Below, in pieces: positions 7,470 to 16,650 of a DNA stretch of 64,000 nt (within the stretch, counting starts at the first letter, position 1; the number at the start of each line of letters is the position of its first letter). The stretch spans positions 5,337 to 69,336 of the forward strand of contig CAVSAI010000031.1 of assembly GCA_963725825.1 (NCBI GenBank), written 5' to 3'. The notes under the pieces were generated by a model, which was given only the letters and a program-made list of their open reading frames with translations, searched no databases and had not been told where the DNA came from. A program made the position numbers and the translations under genes. This DNA comes from Candidatus Aminicenantes bacterium (GTDB lineage: Bacteria > Acidobacteriota > Aminicenantia > Aminicenantales > Saccharicenantaceae).

Positions 7470-9364
7470 ATCAGCAGGAACCCCAGGAAGAGGATCGCCC
7501 CCAGCAGAAAAGCCAGGGCGTAATCGCGAAGAAGACCGCTTTGGAGCAAGTTCAGCCCTCTGCCGGCCAGCCCGGCGACCGCAGCGGATCCGTTGAGGGC
7601 GCCGTCGATGACCGGGAGATCGATGTGCTCATAGGTCCATGCGGCGCCGCGGACGAGCGGCCGGACGAGCGCCGCGTCATAGGCCTCGTCGACGTAGTAC
7701 TTGCCGAGGAGAAGGCTATAGATCCCGGGGAAGCGATGGGCCAGGCTCACCGGTATCTGCGGGGACCTCCGATAGAAAACGAAGGCCAACCAGATCCCCG
7801 ACAGGGCCGAAAGTGTCGCCGCCAGAACGAGCAAGGCCCCCGTTGAGGACGCGAGATGATGCGGCGCCCGGCCGAGGACGGTCTCGAGGAAGCGGCCGAC
7901 GACGTCGGCCCGCTGGCCAAAAAAGACCGGCAACCCGATAAATCCCGCCAGCGCCGAGAAGACGGCCAGGATGACCATGGGGACGGTCATCGTCCGGGGC
8001 GATTCGTGAACGTGCCGCCCGGGAAGGAGCGAAGCCCTTTCTTCGCCGTAGAACGTCATGTAGATCAGCCGGAACATGTAGAAGGCCGTGAGCACGGCCC
8101 CGGCCAGGCCCAACGCGTAGAGAGCGTATTTCCCGCCGGCGAACGCGCTCGTCAGGATGGCATCCTTAGAGAAAAAGCCTGATAGAAAAGGGACCCCCGA
8201 AATGGCCAGGGCGCCAACGAGGAACACAGGGAAGGTCACGGGGAGCTTCTTCCTGAGCCCGCCCATGCGCCTCATGTCCTGCTCGCCCCCGAGGGCATGG
8301 ATGACGCTTCCCGCGGCAAGAAAGAGCAGGCTCTTGAAGAAGGCGTGGGTCACCAGGTGGAACATGCCGGCTGCGTAAGCCCCAACGCCGCAGCCGATGA
8401 ACATGTAGCCGATCTGGGAGATCGTCGAATAGGCCAGGACCCGCTTGATGTCGTTCTGGACAAGCGCTATGGTCGCCGCGAAAACGGCCGTGATCGCGCC
8501 GACCCAGGCCACGACCGAGGACGCCGGGGCGGAGGCCGCGTACAGCCCGTTCAGCCGGCAGACCATGTAGACGCCGGCCGTGACCATGGTCGCGGCGTGG
8601 ATGAGGGCCGAAACCGGGGTCGGCCCCTCCATGGCGTCCGGAAGCCAGACGTAGAGCGGGATCTGGGCCGATTTCCCGGTGGCGCCTACGAACAGGAGGA
8701 TGGCGATCAGGGTGACGAGCGCGGGCGAGAGAAGCCCCGCACCGGGCGCAGCGTTAAGGGCCGCGATATCGGCCCGGCCGACGGTCGCCAGCAGGAACAG
8801 GATGGCGATGATGAAGGCCGCGTCGCCGATCCTGTTGACGATGAAGGCCTTCGTGCCCGCCCTGGCCGCCGCCGGCCGGTTGAACCAGAAGCCGATCAGG
8901 AGATAGGAGCAGAGCCCGACGCCCTCCCAGCCGACGAACATCAGGATGATGTCCGAAGCGAGGACGAGCACAAGCATGAAGAAGGTGAACAGGTTCAGAA
9001 AAGCGAAATACCGGGATTGGCCCTTGTCGTCGGCCATATACCCGGCGGAATATACGTGGATGAGGAAGCCGACACCGGTGACGACGAGGGCCATGATTGC
9101 CGAGAGCTCGTCGAGACGGAACGAGATCGAGGTCGAGAACGACCCGCTCGCGATCCAGGGAAGCAGGGTCTTTGCGAGCGGCCGGGCCCCCTGGCCCTGC
9201 TGGGCCAGGCGGAGAAGCCCGGCCGTCGAAAAGGCGAGGGAGGCGAAGACGGCGGCCGAAGCCTGAAAAGCGACCCAAGCGCGGGAGAACCGGCGGCCGA
9301 AGAGCAGGAGGACCAAAGCGCTCGCGCCGGGAATGAGCGGGATGAGCCAGAAAAGTCCGGCCAT
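7466..9364 (-). CDS. nuoL: NADH-quinone oxidoreductase subunit L
   Basis: 632 aa with NuoL/ND5 motifs (VGWEGVGLCSYLLIGFW, WLPDAMEGPTPVSALIHAATMVTAGVY, KRVLAYSTISQIGYM). It overlaps nuoM by 4 nt. Confidence 0.9.
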   Translation of the reverse strand: MAGLFWLIPLIPGASALVLLLFGRRFSRAWVAFQASAAVFASLAFSTAGLLRLAQQGQGARPLAKTLLPWIASGSFSTSISFRLDELSAIMALVVTGVGFLIHVYSAGYMADDKGQSRYFAFLNLFTFFMLVLVLASDIILMFVGWEGVGLCSYLLIGFWFNRPAAARAGTKAFIVNRIGDAAFIIAILFLLATVGRADIAALNAAPGAGLLSPALVTLIAILLFVGATGKSAQIPLYVWLPDAMEGPTPVSALIHAATMVTAGVYMVCRLNGLYAASAPASSVVAWVGAITAVFAATIALVQNDIKRVLAYSTISQIGYMFIGCGVGAYAAGMFHLVTHAFFKSLLFLAAGSVIHALGGEQDMRRMGGLRKKLPVTFPVFLVGALAISGVPFLSGFFSKDAILTSAFAGGKYALYALGLAGAVLTAFYMFRLIYMTFYGEERASLLPGRHVHESPRTMTVPMVILAVFSALAGFIGLPVFFGQRADVVGRFLETVLGRAPHHLASSTGALLVLAATLSALSGIWLAFVFYRRSPQIPVSLAHRFPGIYSLLLGKYYVDEAYDAALVRPLVRGAAWTYEHIDLPVIDGALNGSAAVAGLAGRGLNLLQSGLLRDYALAFLLGAILFLGFLLI

Positions 9365-9365
9365 A

Positions 9366-9668
9366 CTATCCCTTCAGTTCCTTGAGGTCGTCGCTCCGGA
9401 TGGACTTCCTTTGGCGAAAGACGAGGACGATGATGGCCAGCCCGATCACGGCTTCGGCCGCGGCCACGGTGATGACAAAGAGCACGATGGCTTGGCCGTT
9501 CGCCTGGCCCGAGGCCCTGCTCAGGGCCAGGAAAGCGAGATTGCCGGCGTTGAGCATGATCTCGACGGCCATAAACTGCGTCAGGAGGTCCTTCTTGACG
9601 AAAAAGGCGATGATGCCGAGGGCGAAGAGAACGGCGGCCAGGGCAAAAAACGCGGCGGGAGGGATCAT
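9366..9668 (-). CDS. nuoK: NADH-quinone oxidoreductase subunit K
   Basis: 100 aa with 3 TM segments. MAVEIMLNAGNLAFLA and AAAEAVIGLAIIV are typical of NuoK/ND4L. Confidence 0.9.
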   Translation of the reverse strand: MIPPAAFFALAAVLFALGIIAFFVKKDLLTQFMAVEIMLNAGNLAFLALSRASGQANGQAIVLFVITVAAAEAVIGLAIIVLVFRQRKSIRSDDLKELKG

Positions 9669-10162
9669 TCCCCTTCCTTTTTGCCGGCCAGAGCCAGCGC
9701 CCCGACCAGGGCCGCCAGGATCAGAAGCGAGGTGATCTCGAAGGCGTAGAGATAGTCCGAGAACAGGAGCCGGCCGAGATGGGCGATGTCGCGCCCGGGG
9801 GGAACGGCTCCGGAGCCAAGACCGCCCAGAGCCCGCCTGCCTGCCAGAAGAAGCTCGGCCAAAAGGATCAACCCCAGCGCGGCCCCGAGGATGGCCCGGA
9901 ACCGACTTCGCTCCGGAAGCTCGGGCTGGCGCAGGTTGAACATCATGATAGCGAAAAGGAAAAGGACCATGATGGCCCCGGCATAGACCAGGACCTGGAC
10001 CGCCGCGGCAAAGGGGGCGTCGAGAAGTCCGAAGATCCCGCCGAGGCTGGCGAACGCCACGACCAGGAAAAGGGCGTTATGCGCCTGGTTGCGCGAGACG
10101 ATCATGGCGACGACCGCGCCGACGCACAGCGCAGAGAGAATGATGAAGATGACGAGAGCCAT
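9665..10162 (-). CDS. nuoJ: NADH-quinone oxidoreductase subunit J
   Basis: 165 aa. It sits immediately upstream of nuoK (4-nt overlap) and has a ND6-like hydrophobic profile (VLVYAGAIMVLFLFAIMM). Confidence 0.85.
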   Translation of the reverse strand: MALVIFIILSALCVGAVVAMIVSRNQAHNALFLVVAFASLGGIFGLLDAPFAAAVQVLVYAGAIMVLFLFAIMMFNLRQPELPERSRFRAILGAALGLILLAELLLAGRRALGGLGSGAVPPGRDIAHLGRLLFSDYLYAFEITSLLILAALVGALALAGKKEGE

Positions 10163-10233
10163 GGAAATTCCCCCTATATTTAGTTTTCCCGGCGGTCAAA
10201 GTCAAGCCGGAAAATGGGGGAGGACGGGGGCGG

Positions 10234-11316
10234 TCAGACGGCGAAACGGAAGTTGATGATGTCGCCATCCCGGACGGGATAGGTCTTGCCCTCCAGGCGG
10301 AGAGTCCCATCCGTGCGGCAGCCGGCGATGTCGCCCCGGGCGACGAAATGCTCGTACGAGACGACCTCGGCCCGGATGAAGCCCCGTTCGATATCGGAGT
10401 GGATGACCCCGGCGGCGCGCGTGGCCACCGTCCCGTCGCTCACGGTCCAGGCTTTGACCTCGTCGCTGCCGACGGTGAAGAAGGAGATGAGGCCCATCAT
10501 CCGGTAAGCCGTGGCGATCAGGCGGTCGAGGGCGGAGGTGCCGATGCCGAAATCGGACCTGAACTGCGGCGCGTCCTGGTCGGGGAGCTGGCGGATCTCG
10601 CTTTCGAGCCTGGCGCAGAGCCCGACCGCGGCGGACCGAGCCTCCGAGGCCCGATCGGCGAAGGGAGAAAGGACCTCGGCCTCGCGGCGGATCTCGTCCT
10701 CGTCGAGGTTGACGACGGCAATGAAGGGCTTGCGGGTCAGAAAACGGAAGCCCCGGAGGAGGCTCTCTTCGTCCTCCGACAGGTCGATCCGGCGGAGCGG
10801 CGTCTCCGAATCGAGCGCCGCTTTGCACTTCTCGAGGGCGGCGAGCTCCCGGACGTCCCGGTCGCTCTTCTTGGCCGCGATCTGCTTCCGGAGCCGGTCG
10901 ATCCGGCTTTCGACGATGGTCAGGTCGCTCAGGAGAAATTCGGTCTCGAGAGCTGTCAGGTCCCGTTGAGGATCGACGGTATCGAGAGGGTGCGGAACAG
11001 AGGGGTCCCGGAACGACCGGACGACGGCCAGGAGGGCATCGGCCGTCCTGAGCTTGCCCAGGAACTGCTCACTGAACGTCGTTTGTTTCGGGTCCCCGGT
11101 CGAAATCCCCTGGAGCTCGACGAACTCGATGGCCGCGGCCGTCTTCTTCTTGGGCTCGAAGATCGCGGCCAGCCTTTCGAGGCGCGGGTCGGGGACTTTG
11201 ACGACAGAGATCGGATCTGCCCCCTTGGACGCGGCCGTTTCGGTTGAGGCGCCGGTCAGGGCGGAAAAGAGCGAGCTTTTCCCTGATTGAGGCAGGCCGA
11301 CGATACAGATCTTCAC
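10234..11316 (-). CDS. ychF: redox-regulated ATPase YchF (Obg-like)
   Basis: 360 aa with a GTG start. It has the P-loop GLPQSGKSSLFSALT, a coiled-coil insert and the TGS-like C-terminus IHSDIERGFIRAEV. Confidence 0.9.
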   Translation of the reverse strand: MKICIVGLPQSGKSSLFSALTGASTETAASKGADPISVVKVPDPRLERLAAIFEPKKKTAAAIEFVELQGISTGDPKQTTFSEQFLGKLRTADALLAVVRSFRDPSVPHPLDTVDPQRDLTALETEFLLSDLTIVESRIDRLRKQIAAKKSDRDVRELAALEKCKAALDSETPLRRIDLSEDEESLLRGFRFLTRKPFIAVVNLDEDEIRREAEVLSPFADRASEARSAAVGLCARLESEIRQLPDQDAPQFRSDFGIGTSALDRLIATAYRMMGLISFFTVGSDEVKAWTVSDGTVATRAAGVIHSDIERGFIRAEVVSYEHFVARGDIAGCRTDGTLRLEGKTYPVRDGDIINFRFAV

Positions 11317-11363
11317 TTTCGATTTCCTTCGGGGGATTGACCGGACGAGGAAAATAGAATGCT

Positions 11364-11392
11364 ATTATAGCGAATTCGGGGTCGCGGTTCAA
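11364..11392 (-). promoter_or_regulatory. sigma70-type promoter candidate for ychF(-nuoJKLMN)
   Basis: The minus strand reads TTGAAC (11387-11392), a 17-nt spacer, then TATAAT (11364-11369), about 47 nt upstream of the ychF GTG. Confidence 0.45.
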
Positions 11393-11398
11393 GAAGCG

Positions 11399-11426
11399 TT
11401 GACAACCGAGGCCGATTTGATATAAT
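11399..11426 (+). promoter_or_regulatory. consensus sigma70 promoter for the initiator tRNA
   Basis: TTGACA (11399-11404), a 16-nt spacer, then TATAAT (11421-11426). The tRNA 5' end lies 11 nt downstream of the -10 box. Confidence 0.6.
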
Positions 11427-11437
11427 GACGCCGGTAC

Positions 11438-11514
<77 letters not shown>

Positions 11515-11669
11515 TCCGAAATCAACGTTTTCCCCATATGAACGAGGCCCCGGCCCCGTTCTTTGTCTTCCGCCTCTGATACGCGGAACAGTCACAGCCC
11601 CTGAAACGTTTGTTCTTTCATTTGCATTTGATCAGGCGAATTGCCTATGATGATGGTCGGGGTTGGATC

Positions 11670-12329
11670 ATGCAGAAAAAAGAAAAGAACGTTTTTCGGG
11701 AATATTTCGAGCTCATCGCCGAGACGGCCGTCTTTGTTTTCTTCGTCTTGACCTTCGTCGTGCAGCATTTTCAGATCCCCACGGGGTCGATGATCCCGAA
11801 GCTCCTCATCGGCGATTTCGTCCTGGTCAACAAGATGGCCTACGCCCGGCCCGTTCTTCCTCTCGAGGGCCTCGTCTTGCCGCACAAGCGGATAGAGAGA
11901 AAAGACATCGTCGTCTTCAAATGGCCCGGAGACCTCACGAAAGACTATGTGAAACGCGTGATCGGCCTCGCGGGAGATAAAGTCGAAATACGGGCCAAGC
12001 AGCTTTACGTCAATGACCAGGCCGTCGATGAACCCTACACGATCTATAAGGATAACCCGGCCTATCCAACGGATGAGAACTATGGACCTATCGTCGTTCC
12101 GGACAGGAGCCTCTTTGTCCTGGGGGACAATCGGGACGACAGCGCCGACAGCCGGATTTGGGGATTCGTCCCCCTGGCCAACGTCAAGGGGAGGCCCTGG
12201 CTGATCTATTTCTCGTATGACGCCGAGCCGAACGCCTATCAGCAAAAAAGCCTGGCCGCTCGGCTCAAGAAGGCCGCGAGGTTCATCACCAAAGCCCGCT
12301 GGGGCCGCATCTTCAAGATCATCAATTAG
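11670..12329 (+). CDS. lepB: signal peptidase I
   Basis: In frame within ORF 11610..12329, starting at MQKKEKNVF. It has an N-terminal TM segment and catalytic boxes IPTGSMIPKL, KRVIGLAGD and GDNRDDSADSRIWGFVP. Confidence 0.85.
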   Translation: MQKKEKNVFREYFELIAETAVFVFFVLTFVVQHFQIPTGSMIPKLLIGDFVLVNKMAYARPVLPLEGLVLPHKRIERKDIVVFKWPGDLTKDYVKRVIGLAGDKVEIRAKQLYVNDQAVDEPYTIYKDNPAYPTDENYGPIVVPDRSLFVLGDNRDDSADSRIWGFVPLANVKGRPWLIYFSYDAEPNAYQQKSLAARLKKAARFITKARWGRIFKIIN

Positions 12330-12354
12330 CCCCCGCCGGCCGGAAGTCTGCAGG

Positions 12355-13761
12355 CTAATCTGTTCCGACGCCGTCCCAACAATACGTGCAGAGCCTTTCC
12401 TTGGGCAGGCCGATCGCGCCGACCAGGTCATCGAGGCGTTGATAGCGGAGCGAGGTCAGCCCGAGCGTGTGCGAGATCCAGTCGACCATGGCCTCGTATT
12501 TCGCCGAGCCGGCGCTCACGTACTCGTCGAAGCTCCGGACCTCCGGGCCTTCGAGCGCGGCGATGGCCCTGCGAGCGGCGAGATCGAGCTCCGAGCGCGA
12601 CCGGGAGAAGTTCAGGTACTTGCAGCCGAAGGCGAGCGGCGGGCAGGCTGGCCGCATGTGGACCTCGACGGCGCCCGATTCGTAGAGGCGCTGGATCGTG
12701 TCCTTGAGCTGGGTGCCGCGGACGATCGAATCCTCGCAGAACAGGAGCTTGCGGCCCTGGATGATCTCCCGGATGGGGATGAGCTTCATCCTGGCCACTT
12801 GGTCGCGGATGTCCTGGTGCTGAGGCATGAAGCTCCGGGCCCAGGTCGGTGTGTACTTGACGAAGGGACGCCGGAAGGGGACGCCCGCCTCGGCCGCGTA
12901 GCCTAAACCGTGACCGATGCCGGAATCCGGGATGCCGGCGACGAGGTCGACCTTGACGCCGTCGTTCCGGGCGAGGAGCGCCCCGCAGCGGTTCCTCACG
13001 GTCTCCACATTGATCCCTTCGTAGCTCGAGGCGGGATAGCCGTAATAGACCCAGAGAAAGGAACAGATCTGGAGCTTCGGGCCCGGGGGGACGAGCGTTT
13101 CGGCGCCATCGGGCGTGACGCGGACGATCTCGCCCGGACCGAGATAGCGGTCGATCTCGTAGCCGAGATTAGGGAAGGCGCACGTTTCCATGGAGGCGGC
13201 GAAAGATCCAGGCTTCTTTCCCACAACGACGGGCGTCCGGCCGAGCTTGTCCCGGGCGGCCAGGACGGCGCCGTCGGTCAGGATGAGGACCGAACAGGAC
13301 CCTCGGACGAATTCCCAGACGGCCCTGATGCCGTCCTCGAACGTGTCCTCCCGGTTGATCATGGCCGCGACGAGCTCGGTCGGGTTGATCTCCCCGCCGC
13401 GCATCTCGGAGAAGTGGAGGCACTTGCCCCGGAAGGCCCGGACGACGAGGTCGTCGATGTTCTTGATGACGCCGACCGTGGCGATGGCGTAGTTCCCGAG
13501 GTGGGACCGGATGAGGAGCGGCTGGTCCTCGTAGTCGCTGATGACGCCGATCCCCCGCGTGCCGCGGAGCTTGCCGACGTCGTCGCCGAACTTCGAGCGG
13601 AACTGGGCGTTCTCGATGTTGTGGATGTAGCGGACGATGCTCTCGCCGTTGCCGGCGGCCAGGCCGCCGCGCTTGGTGCCCAAATGGGAGTGGTAGTCCG
13701 TGCCGTAGAACAGGTCCTCGACGATGTCGCCCTTGCCGACGACTCCGAACAGTCCGCCCAT
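12355..13761 (-). CDS. amidophosphoribosyltransferase (PurF)-like protein lacking the N-terminal Cys nucleophile
   Basis: In frame within ORF 12355..13878. The ATG at 13761 is preceded by an AGGAGG SD. The N-terminus MGGLFGVVG aligns to the PurF MCGIVGI. The PRPP loop LLFCEDSIVRGTQL is present, and the C-terminus ends CTYCWDG. Confidence 0.8.
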   Translation of the reverse strand: MGGLFGVVGKGDIVEDLFYGTDYHSHLGTKRGGLAAGNGESIVRYIHNIENAQFRSKFGDDVGKLRGTRGIGVISDYEDQPLLIRSHLGNYAIATVGVIKNIDDLVVRAFRGKCLHFSEMRGGEINPTELVAAMINREDTFEDGIRAVWEFVRGSCSVLILTDGAVLAARDKLGRTPVVVGKKPGSFAASMETCAFPNLGYEIDRYLGPGEIVRVTPDGAETLVPPGPKLQICSFLWVYYGYPASSYEGINVETVRNRCGALLARNDGVKVDLVAGIPDSGIGHGLGYAAEAGVPFRRPFVKYTPTWARSFMPQHQDIRDQVARMKLIPIREIIQGRKLLFCEDSIVRGTQLKDTIQRLYESGAVEVHMRPACPPLAFGCKYLNFSRSRSELDLAARRAIAALEGPEVRSFDEYVSAGSAKYEAMVDWISHTLGLTSLRYQRLDDLVGAIGLPKERLCTYCWDGVGTD

Positions 13762-13938
13762 GGCCGTCCTCCTGTCCAAGATGATCCGGGAATCATAGCA
13801 TCGCCCCCCGAACGTTTCAATCCGAATTAGTGCCAGGTGTTCCTCCGCGCCCGGCCGTCTCACGCAGCTCTCCCGCACAATAGAGGAAAGTGGTCAAACT
13901 GTGATAAAATCTTCGAGAGACGATATTAGGAGGACGAT

Positions 13939-15327
13939 ATGTTCAAAGCCGCGACGTACATCGAAAGGCGAAAGCTCCTGAGGAAGTCCGTGGGATCGGG
14001 CCTGCTCATCTTCCTGGCCAACGAAGAGAGCCCGATGAACTATCCGGCCAACACCTTTCACTATCGTCAGGACAGCTCGTTCCTGTATTTCTTCGGCCTC
14101 TCCTCGCCCGGGCTGGCCGCGATCGTCGACGCGGACGAGGCGACGGACACGCTTTACGGCGACGACATCGGCATCGAGGACATCATCTGGATGGGCAACC
14201 TGCCCAAGTTCAAGGACCGCGCCCTCGAGGTCGGCGTCCGCCGCACCGCTCCCCGAGCCGCCTTCGGAGAGACCGTCCGCAAGGCGCTCGCCTCCGGCCG
14301 GCGGGTCCATTATCTCCCGCCCTACCGGCCCGACAACGCCGTCGCGCTGAGCGAGCTTCTCGGCATCCCCGTCAAGGACCTCAAGGCCAAGGCCTCGGCC
14401 GCGTTCATCAAGGCCGCGGTCGACCAGCGCCTCCTCAAATCCAAAGAAGAGATCCGGGAGATCGAATGCGCCGTGGCGGTCAGCCAGGAGATGTACGTGT
14501 CGGCCATGAAGCTGGCCAGGCCCGGACGCTACGAGTACCAGATCTCCGGGGCCATGGAAGGGATCGCCCTGGCCTACGGCATGCATCTCGCGTTCCCGCC
14601 CATCGTCACCGTCAACGGGCAGACCCTCCACATGCACTCTCACGACAACCTCCTGGTCAGGGGCCGGCTCCTGGTCATGGACTGCGGCGCCGAAGCCGCC
14701 AGCGGCTACGCCTCCGACATCACCCGGACCGTTCCCGTCGGCGGCCGCTTCAACGCCCGGCAAAAAGACATTTACGAGATCGTTTTGGCCGGACAGGAAT
14801 CGGCCATCAAGGCCGTCAAGCCCGGCGTCAACTTCAAGGATATTCATCTCCAAACGGCCCGAGTCATGACGGACGGGCTGAAAGCCCTGGGCCTGATGAA
14901 AGGTGACGCCGCCGAGGCCGTCGCCGCGGGCGCTCACGCCCTCTTCTTCCCCCACGGCCTGGGCCACAACCTCGGCCTCGACGTCCATGACATGGAGGAT
15001 TACGGCGAGAACAACGTCGGCTATGGCGAGAAGGTCGAGCGCAGCCCTCAATTCGGGCTGGCCTACCTGCGCATGGCCCGCGAGCTTCGGCCCGGCCACG
15101 TCATGACCGTCGAGCCCGGTATCTATTTTATCCCCGCGCTCTTCGAGCTGTGGCGGAAGGAAAAGAAGCACCGCCACTTCATCGTCTACGACGCCGTCGA
15201 GAAGTTCCTCGACTTCGGCGGGGCCCGGATCGAGGACGATGTCCTGGTCACGGAGAAGGGACGCAAGGTCCTCGGGCCTCCCATCCCCAAGACGGTCGCC
15301 GAGATCGAAAAGGCCTGCCGGGCTTGA
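13939..15327 (+). CDS. Xaa-Pro aminopeptidase (M24B family)
   Basis: 462 aa with an AGGAGG SD. It has an AMP_N-like N-terminus and M24 metal-ligand blocks (LLVMDCGAE, SDITRT, HGLGHNLGLDVHD, VEPGIY, IEDDVLV). Confidence 0.85.
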   Translation: MFKAATYIERRKLLRKSVGSGLLIFLANEESPMNYPANTFHYRQDSSFLYFFGLSSPGLAAIVDADEATDTLYGDDIGIEDIIWMGNLPKFKDRALEVGVRRTAPRAAFGETVRKALASGRRVHYLPPYRPDNAVALSELLGIPVKDLKAKASAAFIKAAVDQRLLKSKEEIREIECAVAVSQEMYVSAMKLARPGRYEYQISGAMEGIALAYGMHLAFPPIVTVNGQTLHMHSHDNLLVRGRLLVMDCGAEAASGYASDITRTVPVGGRFNARQKDIYEIVLAGQESAIKAVKPGVNFKDIHLQTARVMTDGLKALGLMKGDAAEAVAAGAHALFFPHGLGHNLGLDVHDMEDYGENNVGYGEKVERSPQFGLAYLRMARELRPGHVMTVEPGIYFIPALFELWRKEKKHRHFIVYDAVEKFLDFGGARIEDDVLVTEKGRKVLGPPIPKTVAEIEKACRA

Positions 15328-16169
15328 GGATCGCGCTCGTCCAGCAACAGGCCACCGGCGACCCGGCCGGAAACCGGGCCCGGGGCGAAACCGCTTTTCT
15401 CGAGGCGGCCCGAAGCGGGGCCAACCTCGTCGCTTTCGCCGAGCTGGCTTTTACCCGCTTCTATCCGCAGGCCCCCGCGACCGCTGAGAGCCCGGCCCTT
15501 GCCGAGACCATCCCCGGACCGACCACCGATCTCTTCAGCGCCCTGGCCCGAGAGACAGGGACCGTCGCCGTCCTGAACCTGTTCGAGCGCGACGGGGACC
15601 GGACCTATGATTCTTCGCCCGTCATCGACGCGGACGGCCGCATCGCCGGGGTCGCGCGCATGGTCCACATCATGGAGGGCCCCGGATTCCATGAGCGCGG
15701 CTACTACGCGCCCGGTGACCGGGAGAGATCCGTCTTTTCGACCGCGGCCGGCCGGATCGGCGTCGCCATCTGCTACGACCGCCATTTTCCCGAATACATG
15801 AGGGGCCTGCGCCTGGCCGGCGCCGAGCTCGTCGTCGTGCCCCAGGCAGGGACGGCGGGGGAGTGGACCGCAGGGATCTTCGAAGCCGAGCTCCAGGTGG
15901 CCGCCTTCCAGAACGGCTATTATGCCGCCCTCGTCAACCGGGTCGGGCGCGAGGAGGGCCTCGAGTTCGCCGGCGAGTCCTTTGTCGTCGATCCCGACGG
16001 CCTGGTCATCGCCCGGGCGCCGGGCGGCCTGGATCGCATTCTTTACGCCGATTGCGATTTCGTCAGGAACGCGGCCTCGCACGCGGCGCGTCATTTTCTC
16101 GGGGACCGCAGACCCGCGGTCTACGGGGCGATGGGGCTCACGAACGCCGGCCCGAAGAAGGAACGCTGA
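15324..16169 (+). CDS. carbon-nitrogen hydrolase (nitrilase superfamily)
   Basis: The in-frame TTG at 15324 overlaps the pepP-like stop (TTGA). The protein starts (M)RIALVQQQ. Candidate catalytic E/K/C residues lie in FAELAF and IGVAICYDRHFPE. Confidence 0.8.
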   Translation: MRIALVQQQATGDPAGNRARGETAFLEAARSGANLVAFAELAFTRFYPQAPATAESPALAETIPGPTTDLFSALARETGTVAVLNLFERDGDRTYDSSPVIDADGRIAGVARMVHIMEGPGFHERGYYAPGDRERSVFSTAAGRIGVAICYDRHFPEYMRGLRLAGAELVVVPQAGTAGEWTAGIFEAELQVAAFQNGYYAALVNRVGREEGLEFAGESFVVDPDGLVIARAPGGLDRILYADCDFVRNAASHAARHFLGDRRPAVYGAMGLTNAGPKKER

Positions 16170-16645
16170 TGCCGCGCTGGTACGTCATCAACACCAGGCC
16201 AAAGAAGGAGAGTCAGGTTGAGCGCCTGTTCAGCGAGGGGGGATTCACGATCTATTGCCCGAAATATGTCCGGGAAAAGCGGATCACGCCATTCTTCCCC
16301 GGATACGCGTTTCTCGAGTTCGAATTCCCGGACCAGTTCCAGATGGTGAAATATACCCGCGGCGTCAAGCGCGTCGTCGGCAACGACGCCGGCCCCACGC
16401 CCATTCCGACGGAGATCGTCGAGAGCATCAGATCCCGGGAGCGGGACGGGCTCATCGTCTTCGAGAGATACGGGGAGGAGCCTGGGGTCGGCGACGAGAT
16501 CGAAGTCGTCGAGGGACCTCTCAAGGGCCTCAAGGGCATCTTCCGCAAAGAGGTCGGCGACAGCGAGCGGGTGATGATCCTCCTGAACTACGTCTCGTAC
16601 CAGGGCATGCTGCTCATCGAGAAGGACAAGCTCAAGAAGATCTGA
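16169..16645 (+). CDS. NusG-family paralog (RfaH-like: NGN + KOW domains)
   Basis: The ATG overlaps the upstream stop (TGATG at 16167-16171). MPRWYVINTRPKKESQVERLFSEGGFTIYCPKY...FFPGYAFLEF parallels the RfaH N-terminus (WY..y.k........L......y.P....lFP.Y.Fv.F). The KOW-like block is GDEIEVVEGPLKGLKGIF. Confidence 0.8.
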   Translation: MPRWYVINTRPKKESQVERLFSEGGFTIYCPKYVREKRITPFFPGYAFLEFEFPDQFQMVKYTRGVKRVVGNDAGPTPIPTEIVESIRSRERDGLIVFERYGEEPGVGDEIEVVEGPLKGLKGIFRKEVGDSERVMILLNYVSYQGMLLIEKDKLKKI

Positions 16646-16650
16646 GCGGT

